From contig CALIJE010000016.1 in assembly GCA_938017825.1 (NCBI GenBank), positions 8,358-72,357 on the forward strand: 64,000 bases of DNA. Direction: 5' to 3'. The notes beneath the pieces are model-generated. The model made no database searches, was not told the DNA's origin, and was given only the letters and a program-made list of their open reading frames with translations. Source of the DNA: an uncultured Flavobacteriaceae bacterium (lineage in GTDB: Bacteria; Bacteroidota; Bacteroidia; Flavobacteriales; Flavobacteriaceae). Made by a program: the position numbers and the translations under genes. Below, piece after piece: positions 50,984 through 61,384 of the stretch (the stretch's first letter is position 1; each line of letters begins with the position of its first letter).

Positions 50984-52333
50984 ATGAAGATAATCATTGC
51001 CGGGGCGGGCGAAGTCGGTTTTCATTTGGCGAAACTACTCTCATACGAGTCCCAGGATATTACATTGATCGATACCGATAAGGCCAGCTTGGCCTATGCC
51101 GATAGCCATTTGGATATTAGAGTGTTGCGTGGCGATGCGACCTCTATTTCTGTCTTACAGGACGCGCGCGTTGAAAATTCTGATTTGGTAATCGGGGTCA
51201 CCTCTTCTGAAACTACCAATATAACCCTTTGCCTCCTTGCTAAGCAACTTGGATGCAAGCGTACAATTGCACGTATATCGAATACAGAATTTATCGACAA
51301 TCGCGAAATGCTCAAGTTCGATGAATTGGGTATTGATGAACTGATTTCCCCAGAAGAACTCGCCGCTACTGAAATTCAAATGTTGTTGAATAAGAGTGCC
51401 TTTAATGACACCTATGAATTTGAGGAAGGCAAGTTGATAATGGTCGGGGTTTCGCTACCCAAAACAGCTCCGTTCGTTGGCAAAATGGTAAAGGAAGCTG
51501 CCAAAATATTCCCCGAATTGCACTTTATGCCCATAGCCCTAAGGCGCATGGGTACTCAATTTACAGTTATTCCTAGAGGGGATACTGTTTTCAAAGAAGG
51601 GGATCAAGTTTATTTTATTACGGTCAAAGAAGGCGTAGATGAATTGTATAAACTTACCGGGAAGAAAAAAGAGGACATAAGAAATGTGATGATCCTAGGC
51701 GGGAGTAAGGTAGGTTTTAAGGCTGCCCGTGATCTTTGTGCCAAAAAGTTCAATGTAAAATTGATCGAAAAAAACAAGGAGAAAGCCTTTGATTTAGCTG
51801 ATGATTTGCCCAATGCCCTTGTCATTAATGGTGATGGGCGAAATGTAGAATTGCTAGAGGAGGAGAGTCTTGAATCAATGGACGCTTTCATAGCCGTAAC
51901 CGGAAATTCCGAAACCAACATCATGTCTTGTTTGGTGGCAAAAAATAAGCGCATAAAAAAGGCCATTGCCCTTGTTGAGAACATGGATTACTTTCAGCTT
52001 TCCCATTCAATAGGTATCGACACCTTAATCAACAAAAAGCTATTGGCCGCCAATAACATTTTTCGCCATATACGTAAAGGTGAAGTAGTGGCCCTTATGC
52101 GTTTGAACAATGTAAATGCGGAGATTTTGGAATTCGTGGTAAAGGCAAGTTCTAAGGTGACCGGAAAGGTTATCCGCGAGATGGATTTTCCAAAGTCAGC
52201 TACCATTGGTGGTGTAGTTCGCGATGAAGAAGGTATTATCGCTTTAGGTGGTTTTCGAATTCAAGAAGGGGATAGGGTTGTCGTGTGTTGTTTGCCTGAA
52301 GTCATCCCCATAATCGAACGCTTATTCTTATAG
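50984..52333 (+). CDS. trkA: Trk K+ uptake NAD-binding subunit
   Basis: IAGAGEVG and ILGGSKVG tandem RCK domains. Confidence 0.95.
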   Translation: MKIIIAGAGEVGFHLAKLLSYESQDITLIDTDKASLAYADSHLDIRVLRGDATSISVLQDARVENSDLVIGVTSSETTNITLCLLAKQLGCKRTIARISNTEFIDNREMLKFDELGIDELISPEELAATEIQMLLNKSAFNDTYEFEEGKLIMVGVSLPKTAPFVGKMVKEAAKIFPELHFMPIALRRMGTQFTVIPRGDTVFKEGDQVYFITVKEGVDELYKLTGKKKEDIRNVMILGGSKVGFKAARDLCAKKFNVKLIEKNKEKAFDLADDLPNALVINGDGRNVELLEEESLESMDAFIAVTGNSETNIMSCLVAKNKRIKKAIALVENMDYFQLSHSIGIDTLINKKLLAANNIFRHIRKGEVVALMRLNNVNAEILEFVVKASSKVTGKVIREMDFPKSATIGGVVRDEEGIIALGGFRIQEGDRVVVCCLPEVIPIIERLFL

Positions 52334-53824
52334 ATGGGTTTAAACTCCAAAATCATATTTCATATTCTTGGGCTACTATTAATGTGCAATGGCGGCTTTA
52401 TGCTTTTGGCGGTTTTGGTTAGTGCAATTTATAGTGACGGGGCGACTGCTGATATTGCCTTGGGTGCTGTTACAGCATTGTTTATGGGGGCGACGGCCAT
52501 GTATTTTACGAGAGACCATAAAAAGGAAGTCAAGCGAAAAGAAGGATATCTAATTGTAACTTTGGGGTGGATTTGCCTTTCTCTTTCAGGGATGCTGCCG
52601 TATATTTTTTCGGACGCGATACCTGGTGTAACAAATGCTTTTTTCGAGACGATTTCTGGCTATACGACAACTGGGGCTTCTATTTTAGATGATATTGAAG
52701 CGATGCCCGAAGGAATATTGTTCTGGCGTAGTCTTACGCATTGGATCGGGGGTATGGGAATCATTGTTTTGGCCATAGCCATATTGCCTCTGCTAGGTAT
52801 TGGTGGCATGCAATTGTTCGCTGCCGAAGCTCCGGGCCCTAGTGCAGATAAGTTACACCCTCGAATTACGGATACTGCTAAACGTCTATGGCTAATTTAT
52901 GTAGGGTATACCGCCGCTGAAACACTGTTGCTCAAGTTGGCCGGCATGTCCTTTTTCGATGCAATCAATCATTCTATGGCGACCTTGTCTACAGGAGGTT
53001 TTTCAACTAAGAATGCCAGTTTGGCCTATTGGAGCAATCAACCTTTGATCCAATATATCGTCATGTTTTTCATGTTCTTGGCCGGTTCAAATTTTGTACT
53101 CAGTTATTTCGCTTTTAAAGGGAAGGTCCAGAAAATATTACGGGATGAAGAGTTTAAATTTTATACTTTTTTTATTGTCGTCTTTGCGGTCATGGCGGCT
53201 TCGGTGATTTATTTTCAGGCTAACGTTCCTGTTTCGGACTACCATCCTATGCCTTTTGGAGAATTAGAAAGTTCGCTGCGCCATGGTTTATTTCAGGTTA
53301 TAGCCGTCGTTACGACTACCGGTTTTGTTACGGCCGATTTTACAGCATGGACTCCTTTCCTTACTATTTTCTTTTTCGGACTCATGTTCCTTGGTGGCTC
53401 TGCAGGTTCAACGGCAGGTGGCATCAAAGTAATGCGCCAGTTGATCATAATCAAAAACGCGGTTTTGGAATTCAAACGAAGCTTACACAGCAATGCCATT
53501 ATTCCCGTACGCTATAATAATAAGACCGTACGAGAGGATATCGTGTACAATATTATCGGATTCTTAGTGCTGTACATGTTGCTATTCATTATTGGTGCAC
53601 TTGTTCTGGCGGCGCTTGGTCTAGATTTTACCTCGGCCATTGGTGGTGCAGCTTCTTCATTGGGAAATGTAGGTCCGGCATTTGGCAGTCTTAACCCATT
53701 GAGCAACTTTAACGGACTCCCTGACTTGGGCAAATGGTGGTGCTGCTTTTTAATGCTTGCAGGTCGTTTGGAACTTTTTACGGTCTTGATCTTGTTGAGC
53801 CCATATTTTTGGAAACGTACCTAG
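52334..53824 (+). CDS. trkH: Trk K+ uptake membrane subunit
   Basis: Four filter motifs TTTG, STGG, TTTG, GNVG; GSTAGG; GRLE. Confidence 0.95.
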   Translation: MGLNSKIIFHILGLLLMCNGGFMLLAVLVSAIYSDGATADIALGAVTALFMGATAMYFTRDHKKEVKRKEGYLIVTLGWICLSLSGMLPYIFSDAIPGVTNAFFETISGYTTTGASILDDIEAMPEGILFWRSLTHWIGGMGIIVLAIAILPLLGIGGMQLFAAEAPGPSADKLHPRITDTAKRLWLIYVGYTAAETLLLKLAGMSFFDAINHSMATLSTGGFSTKNASLAYWSNQPLIQYIVMFFMFLAGSNFVLSYFAFKGKVQKILRDEEFKFYTFFIVVFAVMAASVIYFQANVPVSDYHPMPFGELESSLRHGLFQVIAVVTTTGFVTADFTAWTPFLTIFFFGLMFLGGSAGSTAGGIKVMRQLIIIKNAVLEFKRSLHSNAIIPVRYNNKTVREDIVYNIIGFLVLYMLLFIIGALVLAALGLDFTSAIGGAASSLGNVGPAFGSLNPLSNFNGLPDLGKWWCCFLMLAGRLELFTVLILLSPYFWKRT

Positions 53825-53961
53825 TTGTTTTGGAATTTCCTTTTTTAAATGTTAGGATTTTAGTCCATTTATGGCCCTATCGGCGCATATTGGTTTAGAG
53901 GTATTGTCGTGTTGGGGAGCTACATTAGAAAGCTTTTTTATGTCACAAAAAACGCTGTGTT

Positions 53962-54297
53962 TTATATTTCCTCTAGGATTGATGTACCGCTCGATTTATC
54001 GCCTGTTGTCCATTGCCATACTTCATGAAGTCTAATTTTTCCGTTTTCCATTTTTTCCGGCTTTGAATGGCACATTCCGGTCATTAGTTCTCCCTTTGAA
54101 TTTATTTGATGGTATCTCATTTCAATTTCCCCCTTTTCATCAACCAACCCGATTAAATGCCCAATTCTAATTTGTCCTCCCTTATATGTTGCGGTAAGAA
54201 TAGCACCCGTTTGTTTGTATTCGAATATGGTTTCTTCAGAAGTTTCCCCATTTGCGCTATTGGCGATGGGTTTGAATTTTTTGTTATTGTAATTCAT
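53962..54297 (-). CDS. Small conserved hypothetical beta-strand protein
   Basis: NGETSEETIFEY, YKGG-x-I-x-x-G-x-L-x-G, LHEVWQW; ATG at 54297. Confidence 0.75.
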   Translation of the reverse strand: MNYNNKKFKPIANSANGETSEETIFEYKQTGAILTATYKGGQIRIGHLIGLVDEKGEIEMRYHQINSKGELMTGMCHSKPEKMENGKIRLHEVWQWTTGDKSSGTSILEEI

Positions 54298-54320
54298 TTT
54301 TTTTGTAACACTACAGGCTC

Positions 54321-54746
54321 TCATTCAGATAGAAGAACTTGCCATGAGATACCGTATTTATCTTCGCACCACCCAAATTTTTTGCCAAAACCGTAATCTC
54401 CCGAATCGTAGTTGTCTAAAGGAACCATAATTTGCCCTCCATTGGAAGACAGTTTTTCGAACAAGGTTTCGATTTCCTGTTCTGTGGTACATTCAACGAA
54501 AAGAGACACGGCCGGGGAAAAGGACCAGGCATGATTGTAACTACTTTCAGACACCTTGTATAATGTTCCATTAAGTGTAAAAATTCCGTATTTGATAAGC
54601 TCGGGTGTTCCTCCGGCCTCACCTTCCGCATAGTTTACGATGCTTTTAATTTCTGAATTCGGAAAGAGCGTTACATAAAAAGTCATCGCTTCTTTCGCCT
54701 TCCCGCATTGATCACCAACAAATGTTAGGAATGTTGTTGTCGTCAT
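54321..54746 (-). CDS. PhnB-like VOC family protein
   Basis: FLTF-x-G...EAMTFY, FSPAVSLFVEC, FGWCEDKYGISWQ. Confidence 0.9.
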   Translation of the reverse strand: MTTTTFLTFVGDQCGKAKEAMTFYVTLFPNSEIKSIVNYAEGEAGGTPELIKYGIFTLNGTLYKVSESSYNHAWSFSPAVSLFVECTTEQEIETLFEKLSSNGGQIMVPLDNYDSGDYGFGKKFGWCEDKYGISWQVLLSE

Positions 54747-54888
54747 ATTTTGAATATTGGGGCAAACCTCAAATCAATAGTTTGGGTCTGTGTGCAAAAG
54801 GCCATACACCTATTAGGAACACGGGCCGACTTTAAAGTTAGGCAACTGAATTCGAATTGGCAAAAACGAACTAGATGCCCAGAAATTT

Positions 54889-56079
54889 TTATTTGAGTGA
54901 TTCTTCGATCCGAGATACGGCCTCTCTAATCTCTTTTTCTGAAGCGGCATAGGAGATGCGAATGCAATTTGGATTACCAAAGGCATCACCGGTAACCGTA
55001 GCCACATTGGCATGTTCCAACAGATACATGGCAAAGTCTGATGCATTGTTGATGAGCTTACCTTTAAAGGTCTTCCCAAAATAGGCCGAGACGTCTGGAA
55101 ATACATAAAAAGCACCCTTGGGTTCGTTGCAACTAAACCCTTCGATTGTATTCAACAAGCCCAAAATCAATTTGCGTCGTTCTTGAAATTCCTCTACCAT
55201 GTAATGAGCTCGATCTGGGGACTCGGTCAATGCGGAGATTACGGCCCGCTGCGCTATACAATTGGCACCACTTGTCACTTGTCCCTGCAATTTGTTGCAG
55301 GCTCTGGCTATATAAGTAGGTGCGCCAATATAACCAATGCGCCAGCCAGTCATGGCAAATGCCTTGGCCACGCCATTTACAGTAACGGTTCGGTCGTACA
55401 TATCTTCGAAATTAGCCATTGAAGCATGAGGGGTAACCCCATAATTGATGTGTTCATATATTTCATCGCTTACCACTATGATCTGCGGATGCTTTTGTAA
55501 AACATCGGCCAATCCTCTCAATTCTTCTTTACTATAGATAGAGCCGCTAGGATTACATGGCGAGCTATACCAAAGCATTTTGGTTTTTGGCGTAATGGCG
55601 GCCTCCAATTGCTCGAAAGTCATTTTAAAATCGGTATTAATCGAGGTGGGAACTTCAACGGGTATTCCTCCGGCTAGTTTAACAATGTCGCTATAGCTGA
55701 CCCAATATGGGCATGGGAGAATAACCTCATCACCTTCATTAAGAATTACTTGGGCAACATTGTACAAGGCTTGCTTTGCCCCGGTCGAAACCACCAATTG
55801 CGAACGGTCATAGCTCAGATCATTGTCTCTTTTGAACTTGGTGATAATTGCATCTTTCAAATCTACATAGCCATCGACTGGCGTATACGAATTGTAGTCG
55901 TCATGTACTGCTTGGATGGCGGCATCCTTAATATAATCAGGGGTATTAAAATCTGGTTCACCTAGACTTAGTCCGATAATGTCTTTTCCTGAAGCCCTTA
56001 ATTCCCGAGCTTTTGCGGCCATTTCAAGAGTTGCCGATGGGGTGACTTTGTTGATTCTTTCTGATAGTTGGTTGTTCAT
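54889..56079 (-). CDS. aspC: PLP-dependent class I aminotransferase (aspartate aminotransferase)
   Basis: GEPDF, GAKQAL, PYWVSY, NPSG, DEIYE, AKAFAMTGWRIG. Confidence 0.9.
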   Translation of the reverse strand: MNNQLSERINKVTPSATLEMAAKARELRASGKDIIGLSLGEPDFNTPDYIKDAAIQAVHDDYNSYTPVDGYVDLKDAIITKFKRDNDLSYDRSQLVVSTGAKQALYNVAQVILNEGDEVILPCPYWVSYSDIVKLAGGIPVEVPTSINTDFKMTFEQLEAAITPKTKMLWYSSPCNPSGSIYSKEELRGLADVLQKHPQIIVVSDEIYEHINYGVTPHASMANFEDMYDRTVTVNGVAKAFAMTGWRIGYIGAPTYIARACNKLQGQVTSGANCIAQRAVISALTESPDRAHYMVEEFQERRKLILGLLNTIEGFSCNEPKGAFYVFPDVSAYFGKTFKGKLINNASDFAMYLLEHANVATVTGDAFGNPNCIRISYAASEKEIREAVSRIEESLK

Positions 56080-56315
56080 AGAAAGTTGAATTTGCTACTG
56101 GTTTTCCTTAAAAGAAATTCGAATGATGTTCAAAATGCTTCGCAAAATTAAAACATTTCGTATGGTTTGTGGCCTGAAAATACTATTGATTATTAACTAT
56201 TTGCCAGCTGTTTGTGAATAGTGTAAAAAACAACAGCTCAATGAACGCGATTCCTGAGTTTAGGAAATGCCTTATTCGATCATTGAGTTGCTTACAACGT
56301 TTTTCTAAAGTTCAG

Positions 56316-57416
56316 CTATACTTGTAGTGCCGGCTGTTTGCCCAATTCTTTGAGGTGTTTGAAATGGGAAAAGATGGCTTTTCGCGTCGTTTTATACTCG
56401 TTGTAAGGTAGATTGAATTCCTGTGCTGTTTCCTTTACGATTTTAGAAATTTTCGTATAGTGTACATGACTAATATGAGGAAATATATGATGTTCTACTT
56501 GATGATTCAATCCACCGGTAAACCAATTTACGATTCTGTTCTTGGTACCAAAATTGACCGTCGTAAACAATTGATGAATGGCCCAAGTATTCTTCATGGT
56601 ACCACTTTTATCCGGCAAGGGTGTATCGGCTTCATCAACGACATGTGCCAATTGAAATACCACACTTAAAATAACCCCGGCGACATAATGCATCACAAAA
56701 AATCCTAACAACACCTTCCACCAGGCCACCTCCGCGAATATTAATGGCAAAACGATCCAAATCGTTATATAGAGTAATTTGGTAACAACCAAAGTACTCC
56801 AGTTCATAATTGGGTTCGGGAATTTGCCATAAGACAGCTTGCGCTTTGTATAACGATACATTTGCTGAAAATCTGTGGTTATGGCCCAATTGAACGTTAA
56901 TAAACCGTATAGGAAAACCGAGTAAAAATGTTGGAACTTATGATGTTTTTGCCATTTGGCATGTTTCGAAAATCGTAGAATGCGACCTGCTTCCAAATCC
57001 TCATCATGTTCGTGGATATTGGTATAGGTGTGGTGAAGCACGTTATGCTGTACTTGCCAATTATAAACATTGCCTGCCAGAATATAAATACTGCTGCCCA
57101 TGAGCTTGTTAACCCACTTCTTGTTGGAATAGGAACCATGATTGCCATCGTGCATAACGTTCATCCCTACACCGGCCATTCCGACACCCATTACAACGGT
57201 CAGCAATAGATAGGCCCAATAGGGCAAATCTAAAGTGAGAATGAGAAAATAGGGCGCCAGAAAAAGGCTAAACATGACTATGGCCTTTAAATGAAGCTTC
57301 CAGTTCCCGGTTTTCTTGATTTTATTTTCCTTGAAATAGTCGTTGACCCTTTTGTTGAGTGTTCTAAAGAATTGCGCGGGGTCTTTTCTTGAGAATTTTA
57401 TGGTTGTTTGATTCAT
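56316..57416 (-). CDS. Membrane fatty-acid (acyl-CoA) desaturase
   Basis: His boxes HDGNH, HNVLHH, QVEHH. Confidence 0.93.
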   Translation of the reverse strand: MNQTTIKFSRKDPAQFFRTLNKRVNDYFKENKIKKTGNWKLHLKAIVMFSLFLAPYFLILTLDLPYWAYLLLTVVMGVGMAGVGMNVMHDGNHGSYSNKKWVNKLMGSSIYILAGNVYNWQVQHNVLHHTYTNIHEHDEDLEAGRILRFSKHAKWQKHHKFQHFYSVFLYGLLTFNWAITTDFQQMYRYTKRKLSYGKFPNPIMNWSTLVVTKLLYITIWIVLPLIFAEVAWWKVLLGFFVMHYVAGVILSVVFQLAHVVDEADTPLPDKSGTMKNTWAIHQLFTTVNFGTKNRIVNWFTGGLNHQVEHHIFPHISHVHYTKISKIVKETAQEFNLPYNEYKTTRKAIFSHFKHLKELGKQPALQV

Positions 57417-57537
57417 AAGATTCAAAAACTTTTGATAAAGGTAATCGAATTTGCTTTTACAGGGCTTAATACTTTCCCAAAAATGCAGTTTTTAACTAGG
57501 GGTAATATACTACTTTTGCGTCCAAATACAAATTGGT

Positions 57538-58173
57538 ATGAATGCCCAGTTGATTTTTGAATATTTTCCCTATTTAACGGAAGAACAGCGGACTCAGCTT
57601 ACCCAATTGGGGGTACTTTATAGGGAATGGAATCAGAAAATAAATGTTGTTTCGAGAAAGGATATCGATGAACTGTACCTTCGTCATGTGTTACATTCTT
57701 TAGGCATAGCCAAATTGCACAGTTTTAAGCCAAATGCTTCGGTCCTGGACGTAGGTACCGGAGGAGGTTTTCCCGGAATTCCCTTGGCGATTCTTTTTCC
57801 TGAAACGCAGTTTACCTTGGTCGATTCAATTGGCAAAAAAATAAAGGTTGTTGACGAAGTCACTGCTGGTTTAAAGTTGCAAAATACAAGTACGTATAAC
57901 AAAAGGGTAGAGGACCTTAACGAGCGATATGATTTTATAGTAAGTCGTGCCGTAGCGGCTATGCCGACATTTGTGCATTGGGTGAAAGGAAAATTTAAGA
58001 AAGAATCCATTCATGAAAGGCCCAATGGTATCCTATATTTAAAAGGTGGGGATTTAGCTGAGGAAATGAAAGGATATAAAAATGCCGAAATCTATAATTT
58101 ATCGACCTATTTCAAGGAAGACTTTTTTGAGACTAAAAAAATCGTGTATTTGCCTCAGAAATTCAAACGCTAA
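57538..58173 (+). CDS. rsmG: 16S rRNA G527 N7-methyltransferase
   Basis: WNQKIN, DVGTGGGFPG, SRAVA, YLKG. Confidence 0.96.
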   Translation: MNAQLIFEYFPYLTEEQRTQLTQLGVLYREWNQKINVVSRKDIDELYLRHVLHSLGIAKLHSFKPNASVLDVGTGGGFPGIPLAILFPETQFTLVDSIGKKIKVVDEVTAGLKLQNTSTYNKRVEDLNERYDFIVSRAVAAMPTFVHWVKGKFKKESIHERPNGILYLKGGDLAEEMKGYKNAEIYNLSTYFKEDFFETKKIVYLPQKFKR

Positions 58174-58491
58174 CTTAAGCGTTTAACATCCTGTTAAAAG
58201 AATAACGGCAATTAAGCGCATATTTTTTAAAATATGCAACTGCTTTCCTTAAACTGAAGCTTTCGTTCTTTTTTTTACTGATATTGAGCTTATTACCTTT
58301 CATAGGGCTGTTTTTTGTACCATGATACTCAAGGGTGTTTGCATTTAATTTACAATTACTTAACGTTTAATTTACATTGAAATTGTTTAAAATCCAACTT
58401 TTTTGGGGCTAAAAGTGATTAAACACGGTTGTCTTGCGGTGTTTTCTAGAAGAAAAGTCAATTTTCACCTTGATGGAAAAGGTGGCGTACT

Positions 58492-58517
58492 AAAAAAGGT
58501 GCCTTCCGGCACCTTTT
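58492..58517. terminator. Intrinsic terminator (dinB; potentially bidirectional)
   Basis: AAAAAAGGTGCC-TTCC-GGCACCTTTT. Confidence 0.85.
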
Positions 58518-58538
58518 CCTATCAATTCTTTGAAGGAA

Positions 58539-59057
58539 TTACTCGCTCCATGGAGGAACAACTCCATTTGAGCGGGCATAGGCAATGAGCTGCCCTTTAT
58601 GTTCTCCGTTGTGTTCCATCATTGCGAGAAGTCCGCCCAATTTGTTCATTTTGGCAAAGCCAAAATCAACTTCTTCGTTAAGGCTGGCCGTTTCTACCAT
58701 CATTATTTTTTCAAGTACAAAGGCATTCGACTTTTTAAGGGCCGCGATGATATTCTCTTTTCCGGTAATTTTTCCCAGGTTCATCATATCGACATCTTCA
58801 GGTGGCGCAAAGCCCATTTTTGATGCCAAAAAGTAATTGCCGCCGGCCACGTGTAAAAGGGCTTCCCCTACAGATACAACATCTTCGGAAGGCCGCCAAT
58901 CATACTGTTCTTCAGAAAAAGCTTCGGCCAATTGTATCACCTGACCCTGATTACTGGCCAATACGCCCTGAATGGTCGATTGAGCAAGATTGTCTTGTGC
59001 CAGAGCACCATAAGACATGAACCCAATTGCTGCTAGAAGTAAGAATTTCATTTTCAT
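58539..59057 (-). CDS. DinB-family protein with signal peptide
   Basis: WRP...S, LLHVA and HNGEHKGQL His triad; signal ending ALA-Q. Confidence 0.88.
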   Translation of the reverse strand: MKMKFLLLAAIGFMSYGALAQDNLAQSTIQGVLASNQGQVIQLAEAFSEEQYDWRPSEDVVSVGEALLHVAGGNYFLASKMGFAPPEDVDMMNLGKITGKENIIAALKKSNAFVLEKIMMVETASLNEEVDFGFAKMNKLGGLLAMMEHNGEHKGQLIAYARSNGVVPPWSE

Positions 59058-59199
59058 TTTTTGTGTATTTAGATTAAAAACTCGGTTTTTTGAGGGACAC
59101 TCTCAAATGTACTTAAATTTTGCTGTGCTGTCATTATCGGTTACTTTTCGATACTTTTAAAATCTGTCGATATTCTAATAGCTGATCTTAGGTTTGTGC

Positions 59200-60828
59200 T
59201 TATCCTAAAAATGGATAACGATAATCCTCTGGAGTCACGAAAGTTTCTTTGATCAATCTTGGGGATACCCAGCGCAACAGATTTTGAGCTGATCCCGCTT
59301 TGTCATTCGTTCCTGAAGATCTTGCACCACCAAATGGCTGCTGACCAACTACCGCACCCGTGGGTTTATCATTGATATAGAAATTGCCGGCACAATTCTG
59401 TAATGCCTTGGTCGCTTCGTCTATGGCGTACCTATCGGTAGATAGGACCGCTCCTGTTAAAGCATATTCAGAAGTTTCATCAACCAATTTTAAAGTCTTC
59501 GCCCAATTCTTATCATCGTAAACGTATATGGTAACCACTGGTCCAAAAAGTTCGGTCTCCATAGTGGTGTATTTCGGGTCTGTGGTTACGATAACGGTAG
59601 GCTCAATAAAATACCCTTTCGACTTGTTATAACCGCCACCAACTAAAATCTTGGCCTTTTTGTCCTTTTTAGCTTTATTGATATACTTTACCAATTTGTC
59701 GAACGAACCTTCATGTATAACTGCCGTAATAAAATTAGACATGTCTTCGGGAGATCCAGGGGCATTAAATGACTCCACATCTTTTTTGACCAAATCCAAT
59801 ATGCGCTTCGCTTTTGATTTTGGGAGGTAGACTCGCGAGGCTGCGCTACATTTTTGTCCCTGAAATTCAAAGGCTCCCCGAACAATCGCCGTAGCCACTT
59901 GTTTGGGATTGGCGCTAGAATGGGCTACAATAAAATCTTTTCCACCTGTTTCCCCTACGATGCGTGGATAGGTTTTATACGAATGAATATTGTTTCCGAT
60001 TTGTTTCCATAATTCTTTAAAGACGTAGGTTGAGCCTGTAAAGTGCAGACCTGCAAAGTCTGGACTCGCCAATACGGTTTTTGTAATCATTACCGGGTCT
60101 CCGTAGATCACATTGATCACCCCATCCGGTAAACCGGCTTCCTTAAATACATCAACAATGACTTTCGCTGAAAAGATTTGGCTATCGCTGGGTTTCCAAA
60201 CGACAACATTACCCATCATAGCGGCACTCGCTGGTAGATTACCTGCAATGGCCGTAAAATTAAAAGGGGTAATGGCATATACGAATCCTTCCAACGGTCT
60301 ATATTCGACACGGTTCCAAATTCCTTCGGCAGAATCAGGTTGCTCTTCGTATATCTGTGACATATATTCCACATTAAAGCGAAGAAAGTCAATGAATTCA
60401 CAAGCAGCATCAATTTCGGCTTGGTGAATGGTTTTTGATTGCGCGATCATGGTTGCCGCATTGATTTTGGCGCGGTAAGGTCCGGCAATCAACTCTGCTG
60501 CTTTCAAGAATATAGCGGCTCGTTGTTCCCAGGTTAAATTGGCCCAGGCGTCACGTGCTTTAAGGGCTGTATCGATAGCCTCGGTAACGTGTGCTTTGTT
60601 GGCAATATGGTATTGACCCACCTTGTGTTTATGGTCGTGTGGAGGGCTCATTGTTCTAGTCTTGCCAGACTTTACCCGTTTCTTGCCTATGTACATCGGT
60701 ACATCGATATCCCCATTATAATAGGCTTTGTATTGTTTGAGTACTGTATCACGCTCAGGAGTACCTGGTGCATAACTTTTTATAGGTTCGTTGAATGCAG
60801 TCGGTACTTGAAAAAAACCTTTTCCCAT
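59200..60828 (-). CDS. pruA: Delta-1-pyrroline-5-carboxylate dehydrogenase
   Basis: PFNF, FTGS, GETGGK, QGQKCSA, ELFGP, QQPFGGAR-x-SGTNDK. Confidence 0.96.
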   Translation of the reverse strand: MGKGFFQVPTAFNEPIKSYAPGTPERDTVLKQYKAYYNGDIDVPMYIGKKRVKSGKTRTMSPPHDHKHKVGQYHIANKAHVTEAIDTALKARDAWANLTWEQRAAIFLKAAELIAGPYRAKINAATMIAQSKTIHQAEIDAACEFIDFLRFNVEYMSQIYEEQPDSAEGIWNRVEYRPLEGFVYAITPFNFTAIAGNLPASAAMMGNVVVWKPSDSQIFSAKVIVDVFKEAGLPDGVINVIYGDPVMITKTVLASPDFAGLHFTGSTYVFKELWKQIGNNIHSYKTYPRIVGETGGKDFIVAHSSANPKQVATAIVRGAFEFQGQKCSAASRVYLPKSKAKRILDLVKKDVESFNAPGSPEDMSNFITAVIHEGSFDKLVKYINKAKKDKKAKILVGGGYNKSKGYFIEPTVIVTTDPKYTTMETELFGPVVTIYVYDDKNWAKTLKLVDETSEYALTGAVLSTDRYAIDEATKALQNCAGNFYINDKPTGAVVGQQPFGGARSSGTNDKAGSAQNLLRWVSPRLIKETFVTPEDYRYPFLG

Positions 60829-60987
60829 CGATAAAATGTTTTAGTATTTTGACTGGGTAAAGGTAAGGAACGTTTGTTGTTTTCGTAACAGAATTTAGTA
60901 GAGAAGTGATAATTTGTGGCCACTACCAAAGATGGCCAATTGCAATAGCAAGACTTCACCTTAAAAATTAGAAGAAAATAAGCTTGA

Positions 60988-61374
60988 CTAGTTCAATGCA
61001 AAGGGCGCACTAAATCTAAAAGTAGGGATGTAGACCCTGAATTTTTCGGTAGAACTGAAGTTCACCATATTGTAATGCCCTTTCATTGCTCCAATAGGAG
61101 AAGCCAGCAAGCAACCAGAGGTATAGGTGTGTGACTCACCAGGTTTGATAACCGGCTTTTTGCCGATAACCCCTTCACCATCCAAAACTTCCATATCGTT
61201 TAGCGAATCGAAAATTTCCCAGTGACGCGAAGTCAATTGAACCGAATCCTTACTTTGATTTTCGATAGTAATGGTGTAACCAAATGCGAAGTGCATCTTA
61301 TAGTTCTTAAAGAAGGTGCCTTCAAAATTAGTTCTAACCGAAACTTTTATGCCTTTGGTAACTTGTGTGATCAT
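60988..61374 (-). CDS. apaG: ApaG protein
   Basis: YTITIEN, VQLTSRHW, GEGVIG, YTSG. Confidence 0.95.
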   Translation of the reverse strand: MITQVTKGIKVSVRTNFEGTFFKNYKMHFAFGYTITIENQSKDSVQLTSRHWEIFDSLNDMEVLDGEGVIGKKPVIKPGESHTYTSGCLLASPIGAMKGHYNMVNFSSTEKFRVYIPTFRFSAPFALN

Positions 61375-61384
61375 AAAAATCTTT

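Noticed and set aside
58175-58303. ~42-codon minus-strand ORF (MKGNKLNISKKK...) and the 61-aa + ORF at 58403
   Set aside because: No recognisable motif, AT-rich; the + ORF runs through the terminator into dinB
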